A stretch of DNA of 64,000 nt from a virus. Below are positions 52,184 to 62,501 of this stretch, piece after piece. The position numbers were made by a program, and so were the translations under genes. A model generated the notes under the pieces. The model was not told the DNA's origin, did no database searches, and saw only the letters and a list, made by a program, of their open reading frames with translations. The stretch lies in the IMG/VR virus record IMGVR_UViG_3300033148_002931, positions 6,738 to 70,737 of that record. The stretch is one strand, 5' to 3'. How positions within the stretch are numbered: position 1 is the stretch's first letter; each line of letters starts with the position of its first letter.

Positions 52184-53209
52184 ATGAAAATTGAAATTCT
52201 TTGCAGCGATGGAAGCCCATTAGGTGTAACGAGTAAAACAATTTGGGGTGATAGTTTTCGTGTTGGGGTTGGTGGTGCTGAATATGCCTTACTGACTATG
52301 TGTGAGACATGGACTGAGGCAGGGCATGAAGTAATTCTTTATAATAATCCACATGAGCAGAATGCTTCATCTTTCGAGCAACGTGCAATTTCTACATTTG
52401 ATCCTAAAGCAAATAGAGATGTATTGATAGTATTTCGTTCGCCTAACCCTGCTGTACTTACCGCAAAGGGGTTGAAGGTATGGTGGAGTTGTGATCAAAG
52501 TAGTAGGGGTAATTTCAAAGAGTTTAGACCAATGGTAGATAAGGTGGTTTGTATCTCTGAATTTCATAAGAATTATTTCAAAACTACTTATAATATAAAA
52601 GATAGTATTGTAATAGATTTACCTGTTAGAGTGAATGATTATTTACAGCATGAAAGTTGGGGCATGGAGAAAACGCCTAATTCATTTTTATTTTCTTCTG
52701 TTCCAGCGCGCGGATTGAAAGAATTATTGGATATTTGGGGCAGAATAAAGAAATATAATCCTGATGCAATACTTACTATTACAAGTGATTATCGCTTATG
52801 GGGTGCATTACCATCAAACGATCACTTTAGAACTATGGTATTAGGTAAAAAAGACATACAATTTTTAGGAGCAGTTCCTAGAAATGAATTAATAGAAATA
52901 GAATTAAAATCAGAATGGTATGTATATCCATGCACTTATGATGAACTATTTTGTATAAGTTGTTCTGAGGCACAGCTTGCCGGAATCTATCCTATAACAA
53001 GTAATTTTGGAGCTTTACCAACAACCAATATGGGTACTGTTCTTGTTCATGATCCTGCTTCTATTGAATTTGGGGTAGGAACTGTAGAAGAATTAGAAAG
53101 GCTGGAAGGTAATAAAATGAACCAGCAACTTTCAATAAGAACATTAGCATTAAATCGTTTCCATCCTAACGATATAATGGAACAATGGGAGAATAAAGTA
53201 TTCAAATGA
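52184..53209 (+). CDS. GT4 glycosyltransferase
   Basis: GVGGAE, SSVPARGL, ELFCISCSEAQLAG. Confidence 0.88.
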   Translation: MKIEILCSDGSPLGVTSKTIWGDSFRVGVGGAEYALLTMCETWTEAGHEVILYNNPHEQNASSFEQRAISTFDPKANRDVLIVFRSPNPAVLTAKGLKVWWSCDQSSRGNFKEFRPMVDKVVCISEFHKNYFKTTYNIKDSIVIDLPVRVNDYLQHESWGMEKTPNSFLFSSVPARGLKELLDIWGRIKKYNPDAILTITSDYRLWGALPSNDHFRTMVLGKKDIQFLGAVPRNELIEIELKSEWYVYPCTYDELFCISCSEAQLAGIYPITSNFGALPTTNMGTVLVHDPASIEFGVGTVEELERLEGNKMNQQLSIRTLALNRFHPNDIMEQWENKVFK

Positions 53210-54333
53210 AGATATTATGGTTAAGCGATTTTGACTTTAGAGGTAGTGGTTATTACAATATAAGCATTTCTCTTTGTAATGGATTAGCACAAAGAGGACA
53301 CGATGTAAAAGCATTAGGAATGCACTATAAAGGACAGGAACATAATCACAATTTTTCTATTCTTCCTGTTTCTAATGCACAAGAAATATATGCAATGACA
53401 AAGAATTTAGAACAATTATGGAATTTTGATGTATTTGTATGTGCATTAGATATACCTCACCATGAAGGCTTTCTACATCAAGAGATTTTTGCCACTAGAA
53501 GTTTCCCTTATATAGGAATAACCCCAATTGAAGCAGACCCATTGGTTATAGATTGGGCAATGGTGCTTATGCAATTCAATAAGTGTTTTATTATCTCGGA
53601 GTTTGGTACAAAAGAGGCGCAAAGGTTCAATATACCTGCCGAACACCTACAAATAGGTATAGATACAGAAACTTGGCGACTGGCTAGTGATAAAGAGCGT
53701 GTATCGGGGCGCGGTGCATTAGGTATAAAAGAAGATGAATATGCGGTGCTTACAGTTGCAGATAATCAGGAGCGCAAGAACCTGCATGCTGGTATGGAAA
53801 TATTTGCAGAATTTGCTAAGGATAAGGAAGCTAAATATATCTTGGTTACAAGAGAATTCAATAGAGTAGGTGGGAAGTTACGTGCTTACGCTATGGAATT
53901 GGGAATTGCAGATAAGTTTATTATATTAGAGCGTGGAATGAGTTTTGCACAACTGTGGTCAGTTTATGTGGCATGTGATGTATTTTTATTAACCGCGAAG
54001 GCGGAGGGGCTTGGGATGATACTATTAGAAGCAATGGCAACAGGATTACCGTGTATTGCCACAAATTGTACCGGAATATCTGAGTTACTAGCCGATAATC
54101 GTGGTGTATTGGTGGATTATGAGTATACACATAGAGACTCGTTTGGTAATGGTCGCAGATACTGGATAAATAAACAGAAGGCAGTAACATCTTTAGAAAA
54201 TGTATATCATAATGGATTTGATACATCACTTGGTAGGCAATATGCAATAGATAGAAACTGGAATGTGGCTATTGACCAAGTAGATAAAGCTATAAGGGAA
54301 CTGGAGAAAAACAAGAATGTCAAAAAAATATAG
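53206..54333 (+). CDS. GT4 glycosyltransferase
   Basis: NQERKN, EGLGMILLEAMATGLP. Confidence 0.92.
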   Translation: MKILWLSDFDFRGSGYYNISISLCNGLAQRGHDVKALGMHYKGQEHNHNFSILPVSNAQEIYAMTKNLEQLWNFDVFVCALDIPHHEGFLHQEIFATRSFPYIGITPIEADPLVIDWAMVLMQFNKCFIISEFGTKEAQRFNIPAEHLQIGIDTETWRLASDKERVSGRGALGIKEDEYAVLTVADNQERKNLHAGMEIFAEFAKDKEAKYILVTREFNRVGGKLRAYAMELGIADKFIILERGMSFAQLWSVYVACDVFLLTAKAEGLGMILLEAMATGLPCIATNCTGISELLADNRGVLVDYEYTHRDSFGNGRRYWINKQKAVTSLENVYHNGFDTSLGRQYAIDRNWNVAIDQVDKAIRELEKNKNVKKI

Positions 54334-55171
54334 AAAACGTGTTAAGAAATCGCATGTAGCTACAATACCACATTCACGCACGTTACTAGATATAATAATT
54401 CCTGTTTATAATAGATTTGATTTATTGAAGAAATGCCTGGAGGCTATTCCCAAAGCATTAGGAGAATTAACATACCAAATAATAATTGTAGATAATGGAA
54501 GCGATAGAGAAATAGCAGATAAATTTTACAGTAACTACCCATTTGTAAAAATAATACGAAACAAGGAAAATCTTGGTTTCCCCAAGGCATGTAATAAGGG
54601 ATTTAATAGAGGGGTTTCTCCTTTAGTATTCTTTTTAAATGATGATGTAATGTTAGAACCAAGTAGTATAGTGCAATTAGTAAAGAATATGGATGATCCC
54701 AAGGTGGGGGTAGTGGGGATGAAATTAATATTTCCAGAGAATACTGATTTGCCAAGTGATGAGGTAAATAGACCAAAGGGAACAGTGCAGCATGTAGGTC
54801 TTACCACTAACATTAGAGGAGATTTTCCGCACATTTTGTTAGGATGGAATCCAAATAATCCTAGAGTAAATGCAATTAGAGAAATTACTGCCGTGACTGG
54901 GGCTGCCCTTTTGACAAGAAGGAACTTATTCTTGCGCGTCGGTAGGTTTTTTGAAGGTTATGGAATGGGCACATGGGAAGATATTGACCTTTGCTTTGCA
55001 ATAAGGGATATGGGATATAGTATAATAGTAGATGTAAATGCAGTAGGTTATCATTATACTGGTGCTACTGCCGTAACATACAAGGTGCAATATCCGATAA
55101 TACCCAACAAAATGCTATTTTTGCAACGTTGGGGTCGTAAACTAACATGGGATGAATGGAAGGTATGGTAA
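54317..55171 (+). CDS. GT2 glycosyltransferase
   Basis: IIIPVYN, VDNGS, NLGFPKACNKG, FLNDD, VTGAAL, EDIDLC. Confidence 0.92.
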   Translation: MSKKYRKRVKKSHVATIPHSRTLLDIIIPVYNRFDLLKKCLEAIPKALGELTYQIIIVDNGSDREIADKFYSNYPFVKIIRNKENLGFPKACNKGFNRGVSPLVFFLNDDVMLEPSSIVQLVKNMDDPKVGVVGMKLIFPENTDLPSDEVNRPKGTVQHVGLTTNIRGDFPHILLGWNPNNPRVNAIREITAVTGAALLTRRNLFLRVGRFFEGYGMGTWEDIDLCFAIRDMGYSIIVDVNAVGYHYTGATAVTYKVQYPIIPNKMLFLQRWGRKLTWDEWKVW

Positions 55172-55415
55172 TATGACAGAAATAAATGAAAAAGATAGCT
55201 ATATATTTCTTAGATTTCAATCTCCTGGCTCAGCACAATTTGGTATAAAGATGAGTTCAGATATTACTCCTACCCAATTATTTGCTGTTGCTGGATTTCT
55301 TCAGAAACACGCGGAGGTTGGATTAGTAGAACAAATGGCACAAGTCATGCAAGAAAAACAGAGAAATCAGATTATCAAGCCCGGCGGTGATACACCAAAA
55401 GGTATAATAAGGTAG
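55152..55415 (+). CDS. Hypothetical protein
   Basis: ORF track. Confidence 0.45.
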   Translation: MNGRYGNMTEINEKDSYIFLRFQSPGSAQFGIKMSSDITPTQLFAVAGFLQKHAEVGLVEQMAQVMQEKQRNQIIKPGGDTPKGIIR

Positions 55416-55418
55416 ATA

Positions 55419-56099
55419 ATGAATGCTTATTATCCATTTACAACTCCATTAATCCTTACAGATGATATATTTATTAATTATGGGGGTGGAACAGGTACTA
55501 CAACTACAGCACAAAGACAGGCTGTTTATGCAATAGCAGAAGAATTTGTAGTCAGAGACATAAATACTTTCTTATTGCCATATATAGTAACAGGAACTTA
55601 TCCTCTTACTTATGATCTATTACCTATTATTCTTGATTATGGATATGTCAATAGTATAGAAGTTGTTAGGTTTATTGATACTGAAGAAGATATTTATTAC
55701 ACAATTAGTGGAACAGCCAATATTAAAGCAAGTCTACGTGATCCTGCAAGAGGAATACTGGATATACATTGGCTAATGGGTAACTATGCTGGTTGTGGTG
55801 CAACTTATCGAATGCCATATCAAGTACAAGTAGTATATAATGCTGGATTAGCTACGGGAACAGCTAATTCCCCTATATTTGAGCTTGCACTTACAACAAT
55901 TGCAGACGAGTTCTTGAATGAAATAGAAGGATATGGTAATGAAGCACCCGGTGGCGTTGGAGTACAACGGTATTTTAATCAACAATATAATGAAACAAGA
56001 GTAAAACTTCTCAGAACTACTTATGGTACATCTGCTAAGATGAACTTTGTGCATAAGTTATTAAGTAATTGGCGTAAGCCTAGATATATACGATTATGA
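55419..56099 (+). CDS. Head-tail adaptor
   Basis: VVYNAG motif; ends with LL..WR; position. Confidence 0.65.
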   Translation: MNAYYPFTTPLILTDDIFINYGGGTGTTTTAQRQAVYAIAEEFVVRDINTFLLPYIVTGTYPLTYDLLPIILDYGYVNSIEVVRFIDTEEDIYYTISGTANIKASLRDPARGILDIHWLMGNYAGCGATYRMPYQVQVVYNAGLATGTANSPIFELALTTIADEFLNEIEGYGNEAPGGVGVQRYFNQQYNETRVKLLRTTYGTSAKMNFVHKLLSNWRKPRYIRL

Positions 56100-56473
56100 T
56101 AGCTGGATTAAATTTATTTTGTGATATTTGGCGCATGAATTATGCTGATGATGATACTGTTGGTGGTGCGGTTATTACTGGTACAGTAGTATATCAAAAT
56201 ATTGGGCTAAATATGCAAGAGTTACCGGTGGAACAATTATTGTTACAGCAAGGATTAGAGACACAAAAGAGTTTCCGAGGTACTATTGCACCTGGTAACT
56301 TAGATGTTAGAGAAAGAGATGAAATAGAAATAACCTCACCATATAATCACCCATACTTTGAGGAGAGATTTCGTATTGTTAATGCTCGTCATTCCTCGTT
56401 TGTTCCTGATGATCCAAGGTCATATATAATGTTAACAATGGTAAGAAGTGTAAGAGCACACAGTCAACAATGA
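56096..56473 (+). CDS. Head closure/stopper protein
   Basis: DDTVGG, DVRERD.I, FRIV; position. Confidence 0.6.
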   Translation: MIAGLNLFCDIWRMNYADDDTVGGAVITGTVVYQNIGLNMQELPVEQLLLQQGLETQKSFRGTIAPGNLDVRERDEIEITSPYNHPYFEERFRIVNARHSSFVPDDPRSYIMLTMVRSVRAHSQQ

Positions 56474-56994
56474 GTTTAGTAGCTGTTGGTGGATTAAGTG
56501 ATTTTGATGCTAGAGTATTGGCATTAATGGTTTGGATTGGTGACAAAGTTTATCGTTCCGCTGATGCTAAAGCTAAGACACAGAGAATACGCTCTGCTAT
56601 GAGTTTGGGGAATGCTTACAAATCAGGTGGTATTTATGGTATTGATATAACAGTAGATACAGTAAAAGCACCTGAGTTTATGGCTTATGAGTTTGGTTCT
56701 GGTTTACATCGAACTAAAGGTACACCAGGTACTTACCGAATCCCAGACAAGGAAAGTAAAAGTATTTTAGCTTTTCATTGGGATAGTCATACTCCAGACT
56801 ACCCAACAGGGAAAAAATATCTTGGTGAGGGTCGAGGTGGAAAGTTGTTGTTTGCTTATGTAGACCATCCTGGCGTGAAGGCAGAGCCGATATTTGAACC
56901 AGCTTTCAATGAGGTAAAAGCAGTTGTTGGTGAAACAATAAGAGAAAGAATTGGTTTAGCTCTTGTATCTAGTTTCCGCGTAGAGATGTCATAA
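56470..56994 (+). CDS. Neck/tail-completion protein (HK97 gp10-like)
   Basis: YEFGSG, HPGVKAEPIFEPA. Confidence 0.65.
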   Translation: MSLVAVGGLSDFDARVLALMVWIGDKVYRSADAKAKTQRIRSAMSLGNAYKSGGIYGIDITVDTVKAPEFMAYEFGSGLHRTKGTPGTYRIPDKESKSILAFHWDSHTPDYPTGKKYLGEGRGGKLLFAYVDHPGVKAEPIFEPAFNEVKAVVGETIRERIGLALVSSFRVEMS

Positions 56995-57392
56995 TGTTAA
57001 CTAATGAAGACATAAAAACTGGTTTAATAGCATATACAAAGAGTAGAACTGTTATTACTGATACTCTGACCGATACTGATGAGATAAGAGAGTTCCAATG
57101 GCAAGGTACAAAATTTTCATATCCTTGCATAAGGTTGCGTATTATTGAAAATAGTCCATTCAATGATTGTGCATATAATAATATAACTTTTAGTTTCTTA
57201 GTGTTTAGCGAAGATGCCTCTAGTAAAGAGGCAGATGAAATTGCTGGTATAATTGCTAATGAGCTACACGAGAGATCGTTTAGCTCAATAGGAGTAAAAT
57301 ACAATTTATGGGTAACGAATTTGATTCCAGCAATAAAGATGGACGAAAGAACGTGGCGAAGCGAAGCAATGTTCCGAGCAAGCGTAGCATAA
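56994..57392 (+). CDS. Tail terminator
   Basis: YPCI, A..IA..I...L; precedes the tail tube gene. Confidence 0.6.
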   Translation: MLTNEDIKTGLIAYTKSRTVITDTLTDTDEIREFQWQGTKFSYPCIRLRIIENSPFNDCAYNNITFSFLVFSEDASSKEADEIAGIIANELHERSFSSIGVKYNLWVTNLIPAIKMDERTWRSEAMFRASVA

Positions 57393-57622
57393 TAAGTCAG
57401 GTAAAGCCTCCTACTGGTGTCTGGCTACAATCTAACTACCCTGGCACACTCAAAGTTATTGGCAAAATTACTCAAAAACAGTATGTTTTTCCTGCTAATG
57501 GGAATGTAGTCGAAGTTGATAGAGCAGATGTGCAGGGTTTAATGGTAAAAGTTTTTAATGGTAATTCTTGTTGTGGTGGAAGTGTAAAGCCTCTGCCATA
57601 TTTCAAGATAGTAAACAAATAG
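57353..57622 (+). CDS. Small protein with SCCGG motif
   Basis: Probable GTG start at 57353; resembles 38187-38432. Confidence 0.5.
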   Translation: MAKRSNVPSKRSIISQVKPPTGVWLQSNYPGTLKVIGKITQKQYVFPANGNVVEVDRADVQGLMVKVFNGNSCCGGSVKPLPYFKIVNK

Positions 57623-57632
57623 GAGGCTAAAA

Positions 57633-58256
57633 ATGAGTTTAATTACTGGTACACCTGATGGTGTAACTACCCAAGAGGATTTATACTTAGAGGGTGCACC
57701 CACCCTTTATATTCAAGATAATACTGCTGATCCACTAAATAATCCTGATGCAAATGATTTCTATTGGGGATTATCTGGTACTTCAACTTATCCGGTGTAT
57801 GAGATAGGTTGTATAACAGATGTTTCCCTTACAGAAAATCTAACTATGAGTGATGTGTTGTGTGATAACATTGGTGTAAAAGATACAGTGCAACAGAGAA
57901 ATTACCTTGAATTTGTGTTTACAATTCAAAGTTTCTTCCCATTTACTGTATTGAGACATCTAATCAAAGGTAGTGCAGTAACAGAATCTTCACCAACCGA
58001 AACATTCGGTCTCGGTAAGATAAATAACAACCTGCGATACATGGCTTATGCACCAAAGGTATATGATGAAGATGTTGGTGATTACGTAATGATACATCTT
58101 CATAAATGCAAGTTTGTAGATGCGTGGACTATCAATATGCCTTTTGGTAATCCTTGGACATTGACTGGATTAAAGTTAAGAGCATTTGCTGATACAACTA
58201 AATCTACTACACAACAGTTTGGTGTAATGTTGCGTTCTGATGCAAGTGTCATCTAG
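57633..58256 (+). CDS. Major tail (tube) protein
   Basis: AGGAGG RBS; size and position; EIGCITDVSLT; AFADT. Confidence 0.7.
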   Translation: MSLITGTPDGVTTQEDLYLEGAPTLYIQDNTADPLNNPDANDFYWGLSGTSTYPVYEIGCITDVSLTENLTMSDVLCDNIGVKDTVQQRNYLEFVFTIQSFFPFTVLRHLIKGSAVTESSPTETFGLGKINNNLRYMAYAPKVYDEDVGDYVMIHLHKCKFVDAWTINMPFGNPWTLTGLKLRAFADTTKSTTQQFGVMLRSDASVI

Positions 58257-58890
58257 CATTAATATTAAATTAGGGAAACAAGATTATACATTTGTTAGAC
58301 CTAAGCTAAAGAAATGGTTAGAATTAGAAGATGCTAAAGGGGATATAACTGAGGCAATAGCACATTGGGATAGTCAGAAAATAGCTGATGCTATCTTCAC
58401 CTATATTGCTATTGCCTATTGCATTAAAGATAAGAAAGTGTTAGAATCTATAGCATGGACTGAAATAGTCCATGCTATGTTGCATACCGAGCAGGTTTGC
58501 AAGTTAGAAATAGACTTCCCAATCTTGCTTGCTGAAGTAAGCAGTAAGAAAGAATCATGGGATTATGATGGTAGAACATGGTATGTTTGGTTGCACATGC
58601 TTGCCAAGGAATATGGGTGGAGTGAGGAACATATATCAGAATTAGAAATAGAAACAGCATTTGGTCTTATGCAAGAAATTGCAATAGGAGAACAACTAAA
58701 GAGAGAATTTATATGGATGACATCTGAAGTTCCATATCAAACAAAAGATGGTAGATTTGTTCCACTAGACCGCCCAAGTTGGATGCAATATGCGTATAAA
58801 GATATGAGAGAAGTAAAGATAAAAATAAAGAAAGAATTTATGCCTGTTGGAAATATATTTAGTTATGAAACCAAAGACGATAAATCTTAG
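58240..58890 (+). CDS. Tail assembly chaperone-like protein
   Basis: LAKEYGWSEEHISEL pattern; lies between the tail tube and tape measure genes. Confidence 0.55.
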   Translation: MQVSSSINIKLGKQDYTFVRPKLKKWLELEDAKGDITEAIAHWDSQKIADAIFTYIAIAYCIKDKKVLESIAWTEIVHAMLHTEQVCKLEIDFPILLAEVSSKKESWDYDGRTWYVWLHMLAKEYGWSEEHISELEIETAFGLMQEIAIGEQLKREFIWMTSEVPYQTKDGRFVPLDRPSWMQYAYKDMREVKIKIKKEFMPVGNIFSYETKDDKS

Positions 58891-59158
58891 AGAAGCTCTC
58901 TTATTATACGAAATACTAGAACCATATCTTTTGAATGAGATACCCAAGGATATGACAGTGATTGAATTTGTAGGTAACTTGATACTTCAATCTACTGAAG
59001 ATGGTAAAGGTGCTTATGCTAGAGCACTAACGTTGATGACGGGGCATAGTTTGGAGGAACTTGCCGAGTTTTCACCCAAATACAATATGGATATGTTTAC
59101 CAAAAGCTTTATGACAAATGAATTGTTTGTATTGAAAGAAGTATTTGAGAGAATCTAA
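58865..59158 (+). CDS. Second chaperone-like protein
   Basis: Position immediately before the tape measure gene. Confidence 0.4.
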   Translation: MKPKTINLREALLLYEILEPYLLNEIPKDMTVIEFVGNLILQSTEDGKGAYARALTLMTGHSLEELAEFSPKYNMDMFTKSFMTNELFVLKEVFERI

Positions 59159-62154
59159 TGTCTGATTATATAGACAAGTTTATATTTAGAATACAGTTTG
59201 AGGGTGCTGAAGATGTAAAGAAGACTATTAAAGAAATTGGTGAAAAAATAGGGCTTCTTGGTAAAGAAATCTCAGAGCAAACTAAACTTCTGGGTACTTT
59301 TGATTCTCAATTGAAGAAATTGAATAGCACAATGTCCAAAGGTGCTTCATTAAATGAAGAAGAAAAATCTCAAAGAGATGCTCAAACCAGTTCAATCTTA
59401 AAGCAAAAGAAAGCAACAGAAGAACATATAAAAACTCTTGAAAAAGAATCAGAAAGCTTAAAGAAACTCATTGCTACTTCACAGAAAAAACCTAGCGTTG
59501 CAGCACCGGTGGGAGCTGCTGGAATTGCCGCAACACTTGATACGGTTAGTGCCGAATCTACAATTAATATAATAAAAAGAATGGCTACAGAAACACGAAA
59601 GCTGAAGACCGAAATTATTGCTTTTGCACAAAAATCTAATGAGTCGTATAAACGTGCAGCTGAGGGAATGATACAAGCTTATGCTGCACAAAAGCGGGCT
59701 TCGAAAGAATATATGATTGATCGTAAAGGAGTAGAGGCACAAATTAGATCATACACCACCAAGACTCGTGCCGCAGCTAGAGAATTAGCACAAGAAACAA
59801 GGCAGTTTACAAGTTCGGAAATACGACAAGCTAAATTACGCGCTCAAGCGGAGAAAAAAGCGGCAAGAGAAATAGAGGCGGCAGAAAAAAAGGTTGCAAA
59901 AGAGCTATTAAAAACGAAAAAGGCCGCGGAGGCAACTACTAGCGGTTTTGGTAAATTGGGTAGTGTGGGTAAATTAGTTTTTGGTAGCGTATTAGGGATT
60001 ACTGCAATTGGTGTATTGCGGAATGTAATTCGTTGGTTTGGGAATACTGTAAGAGCAGGCAAAGAATTTGCTCAAAGTATGTTTAGCTTGTCAGTTGCAG
60101 TACGGGCAGTACAAAGATTGGGGATGGATATAACAATAAAAGAAATATATGAAAATATAGATAAATTAAGAGAAAAATTTGGAGTATTTACACACAAAGA
60201 GATAATAGAGGGTACGGCTCAGTTAATAAATTTAACTCGTTCCTTCAAATTTACATCAGATCAAATTTATGAATTGCAAGAAGCGGCATTTACATTAGCT
60301 ATTGTGAACAGACGTTCGGTAGAAGATGTCCAAAGAGTTATAGCTCTAGCTCTATCTTCTGGTTATACTGAGGGTTTGCAACGTCTTGGTATTAGTATTA
60401 ATAAAGTAACTATTGCACAAAAAGCGGCTACCTTGGGATGGGAAAAAGGTTATAATGCACTTCTTGAATGGCAAAGGGCTGAGGCAACAAGAGTACTAGT
60501 TGAGGAAAGAACTGCTGCTTATGCTGAGGATGTAGCTGAATATCAAAAGACTGCTGCTGGTCGGATAGATATGACTACGACTGCGTGGAATGATTTTGCC
60601 AATGATTTAGGGAGAAGTGCAATACCAATATTAGGCATACTTGCTGAAAGATTGTTGTATTTAAAGGGGGTTATTGAATTCATGGTAGATGGACTAAAAT
60701 TTAATCTTGCCTTGATGATTTCATTTACAGATGCATTTACCACTATTATAGGCGGAATAATAGATGGTAGTATACGGAATTGGGATCAATATTTAGAAAA
60801 AGCATCTACATTTAAGGATAAGATGGATGAAATTTTAGAATTGTTAATGGTTGGTGATTATGGAGAAGATTATGTGGGCCCTCCATTACCTACTAGTGAT
60901 TTTGATAAAAAAGCCGCTGAAATGGAAACGTCTGTGGAACAGTTAGGTGTAGACATTTTAAGAATAAAACAAAAATATCAAGATGATATGATAAAAACGG
61001 AAAATGAATTTGCTGATGATATGAAAGAAATTGATGATAAATGCACTGAAAAATTAAAAGAAATATGGGAAGATTATTATGAAGAAATAGATAAGATTAA
61101 TATTAAAGCAAAAGAAGCAACTCTAAAAGCGAATGAAGAATTAGCAAAAAGTATTGCTGATCTGAATAAAGACTTTAATGATAAGCTCAAAGAAGAAAAT
61201 GAAAAATATAGAGAAAATGAAATAAAAGCCCAAAAAGATTATCAAGAACAATTAAGAAGATTACGAGAAGAATTCTTGTTTGATCTTGAAGATGCTTTGC
61301 GTAAGCGGGACGCTTCTCAGGTAATGAGACTTATCAGACGCTACAATCTTGATAAGACACAAATGGATAGGGAAAGAGATCAGGATAGAGAGGATAGACA
61401 AAGGGAACATCAGCAGGAAATGGCTGATATAAATAAGTGGCGTAAAGAGAAGTTAGCGAAATTGCGTGCTGAACATGCAGAACAGATAAAAGAAATAAAG
61501 GCGCAGGCTGAAAAGGAGCGAATCGAAGCGGAAAAAGCAAGAAAGAAAGAAGAAGAAGAAACTAAAATTGCCAAGGAAAAAGAAAAGAAAGAAAGAGAGA
61601 AAGAATATGATGAAGAAATACAAGCTCTAAAAGATCATCGTGATGATCTTCTTAGAGAATTAGGTGCAACTTATGGTGAACTACACGATCTTAGTAAAGA
61701 GAAATTAGGATTAATTGGGGATTTATTTATAGCTATATTTGGCAAGGGTGGCGAGGTCGAGCGTTCTATAGATAATACAATAGATGATATATGGAAAATG
61801 ATAAGGGAAGTTGATGCCGCCAAAGATGCGGCACTAGATATTCTAGAAGACTTGGAAAAAGTTGTTCCGCCCCCGCCAACCAATTTATATCCATCTTATT
61901 CGTCCGATTCTTCAAGTTTGAAGAAAATTCCTGAAAAAGCATCCGGTGGCACAATAATAGCCACTAGACCTACATTAGCAATGTTTGGTGAAGTACCAGA
62001 AAGAGTAGATTTTACTCCATTAGCACAAGCAAATAGTTATGGCGGTAGTGGTAAGGCTAGAATTAGAATAGACCTTGCCCCCGATTTGGTTGGAAGGATT
62101 GTAGATAATACAATGGGCGAGATAGGAGAGATACAACTAGAGGTACAAAGATGA
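59158..62154 (+). CDS. Tape measure protein
   Basis: 998 aa, coiled-coil and Ala/Lys/Glu-rich; C-terminal ASGG..ATRPTLAMFGEVPE. Confidence 0.88.
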   Translation: MSDYIDKFIFRIQFEGAEDVKKTIKEIGEKIGLLGKEISEQTKLLGTFDSQLKKLNSTMSKGASLNEEEKSQRDAQTSSILKQKKATEEHIKTLEKESESLKKLIATSQKKPSVAAPVGAAGIAATLDTVSAESTINIIKRMATETRKLKTEIIAFAQKSNESYKRAAEGMIQAYAAQKRASKEYMIDRKGVEAQIRSYTTKTRAAARELAQETRQFTSSEIRQAKLRAQAEKKAAREIEAAEKKVAKELLKTKKAAEATTSGFGKLGSVGKLVFGSVLGITAIGVLRNVIRWFGNTVRAGKEFAQSMFSLSVAVRAVQRLGMDITIKEIYENIDKLREKFGVFTHKEIIEGTAQLINLTRSFKFTSDQIYELQEAAFTLAIVNRRSVEDVQRVIALALSSGYTEGLQRLGISINKVTIAQKAATLGWEKGYNALLEWQRAEATRVLVEERTAAYAEDVAEYQKTAAGRIDMTTTAWNDFANDLGRSAIPILGILAERLLYLKGVIEFMVDGLKFNLALMISFTDAFTTIIGGIIDGSIRNWDQYLEKASTFKDKMDEILELLMVGDYGEDYVGPPLPTSDFDKKAAEMETSVEQLGVDILRIKQKYQDDMIKTENEFADDMKEIDDKCTEKLKEIWEDYYEEIDKINIKAKEATLKANEELAKSIADLNKDFNDKLKEENEKYRENEIKAQKDYQEQLRRLREEFLFDLEDALRKRDASQVMRLIRRYNLDKTQMDRERDQDREDRQREHQQEMADINKWRKEKLAKLRAEHAEQIKEIKAQAEKERIEAEKARKKEEEETKIAKEKEKKEREKEYDEEIQALKDHRDDLLRELGATYGELHDLSKEKLGLIGDLFIAIFGKGGEVERSIDNTIDDIWKMIREVDAAKDAALDILEDLEKVVPPPPTNLYPSYSSDSSSLKKIPEKASGGTIIATRPTLAMFGEVPERVDFTPLAQANSYGGSGKARIRIDLAPDLVGRIVDNTMGEIGEIQLEVQR

Positions 62155-62501
62155 GTTACAAGGTTAATGGGATAGAATTTCTGTTAGAGCCTACATCCGG
62201 CGGATGGGTAGGTAGACATGCTATTGGTCGAGATGGGGTAGGACATAGCGTTTATCCTGGAGTAAGAGAATATGAAATGTCTTGGCAACTATCTTTTCCT
62301 AGTGGAACTTGGCAATTACAAGATTTCTTTGAGCAAGTTTATGTAACAGGGACTGCTGTTGTAGACCTTCCTAGATATAATTATCCAACATATGAATTCT
62401 TTTCTTATTCTGGTTGTGTAATAAATGAACCAGAGTTTAGAACATTCTTCGCTGAAAATCAAACAAATGTAACATTAGTGATTAGCAACATAAGAACATG
62501 A
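62151..62501 (+). CDS. Distal tail-like protein
   Basis: Small beta-rich ORF after the tape measure gene; ATGA overlap. Confidence 0.5.
   Translation: MSYKVNGIEFLLEPTSGGWVGRHAIGRDGVGHSVYPGVREYEMSWQLSFPSGTWQLQDFFEQVYVTGTAVVDLPRYNYPTYEFFSYSGCVINEPEFRTFFAENQTNVTLVISNIRT

Noticed and set aside
40096-55171. Host O-antigen locus joined by misassembly
   Set aside because: Genes overlap phage-type ORFs at both edges, small phage hypotheticals are interspersed, composition is similar and wzx/wzy are absent; read-level confirmation is still needed
58240-59158. Programmed frameshift in the tail chaperone genes
   Set aside because: No convincing slippery heptamer identified by eye; the second ORF has its own ATG
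60900-61650. Low-complexity A/G-rich stretch as a DNA repeat element
   Set aside because: Explained by the Glu/Lys coiled coil of the tape measure protein
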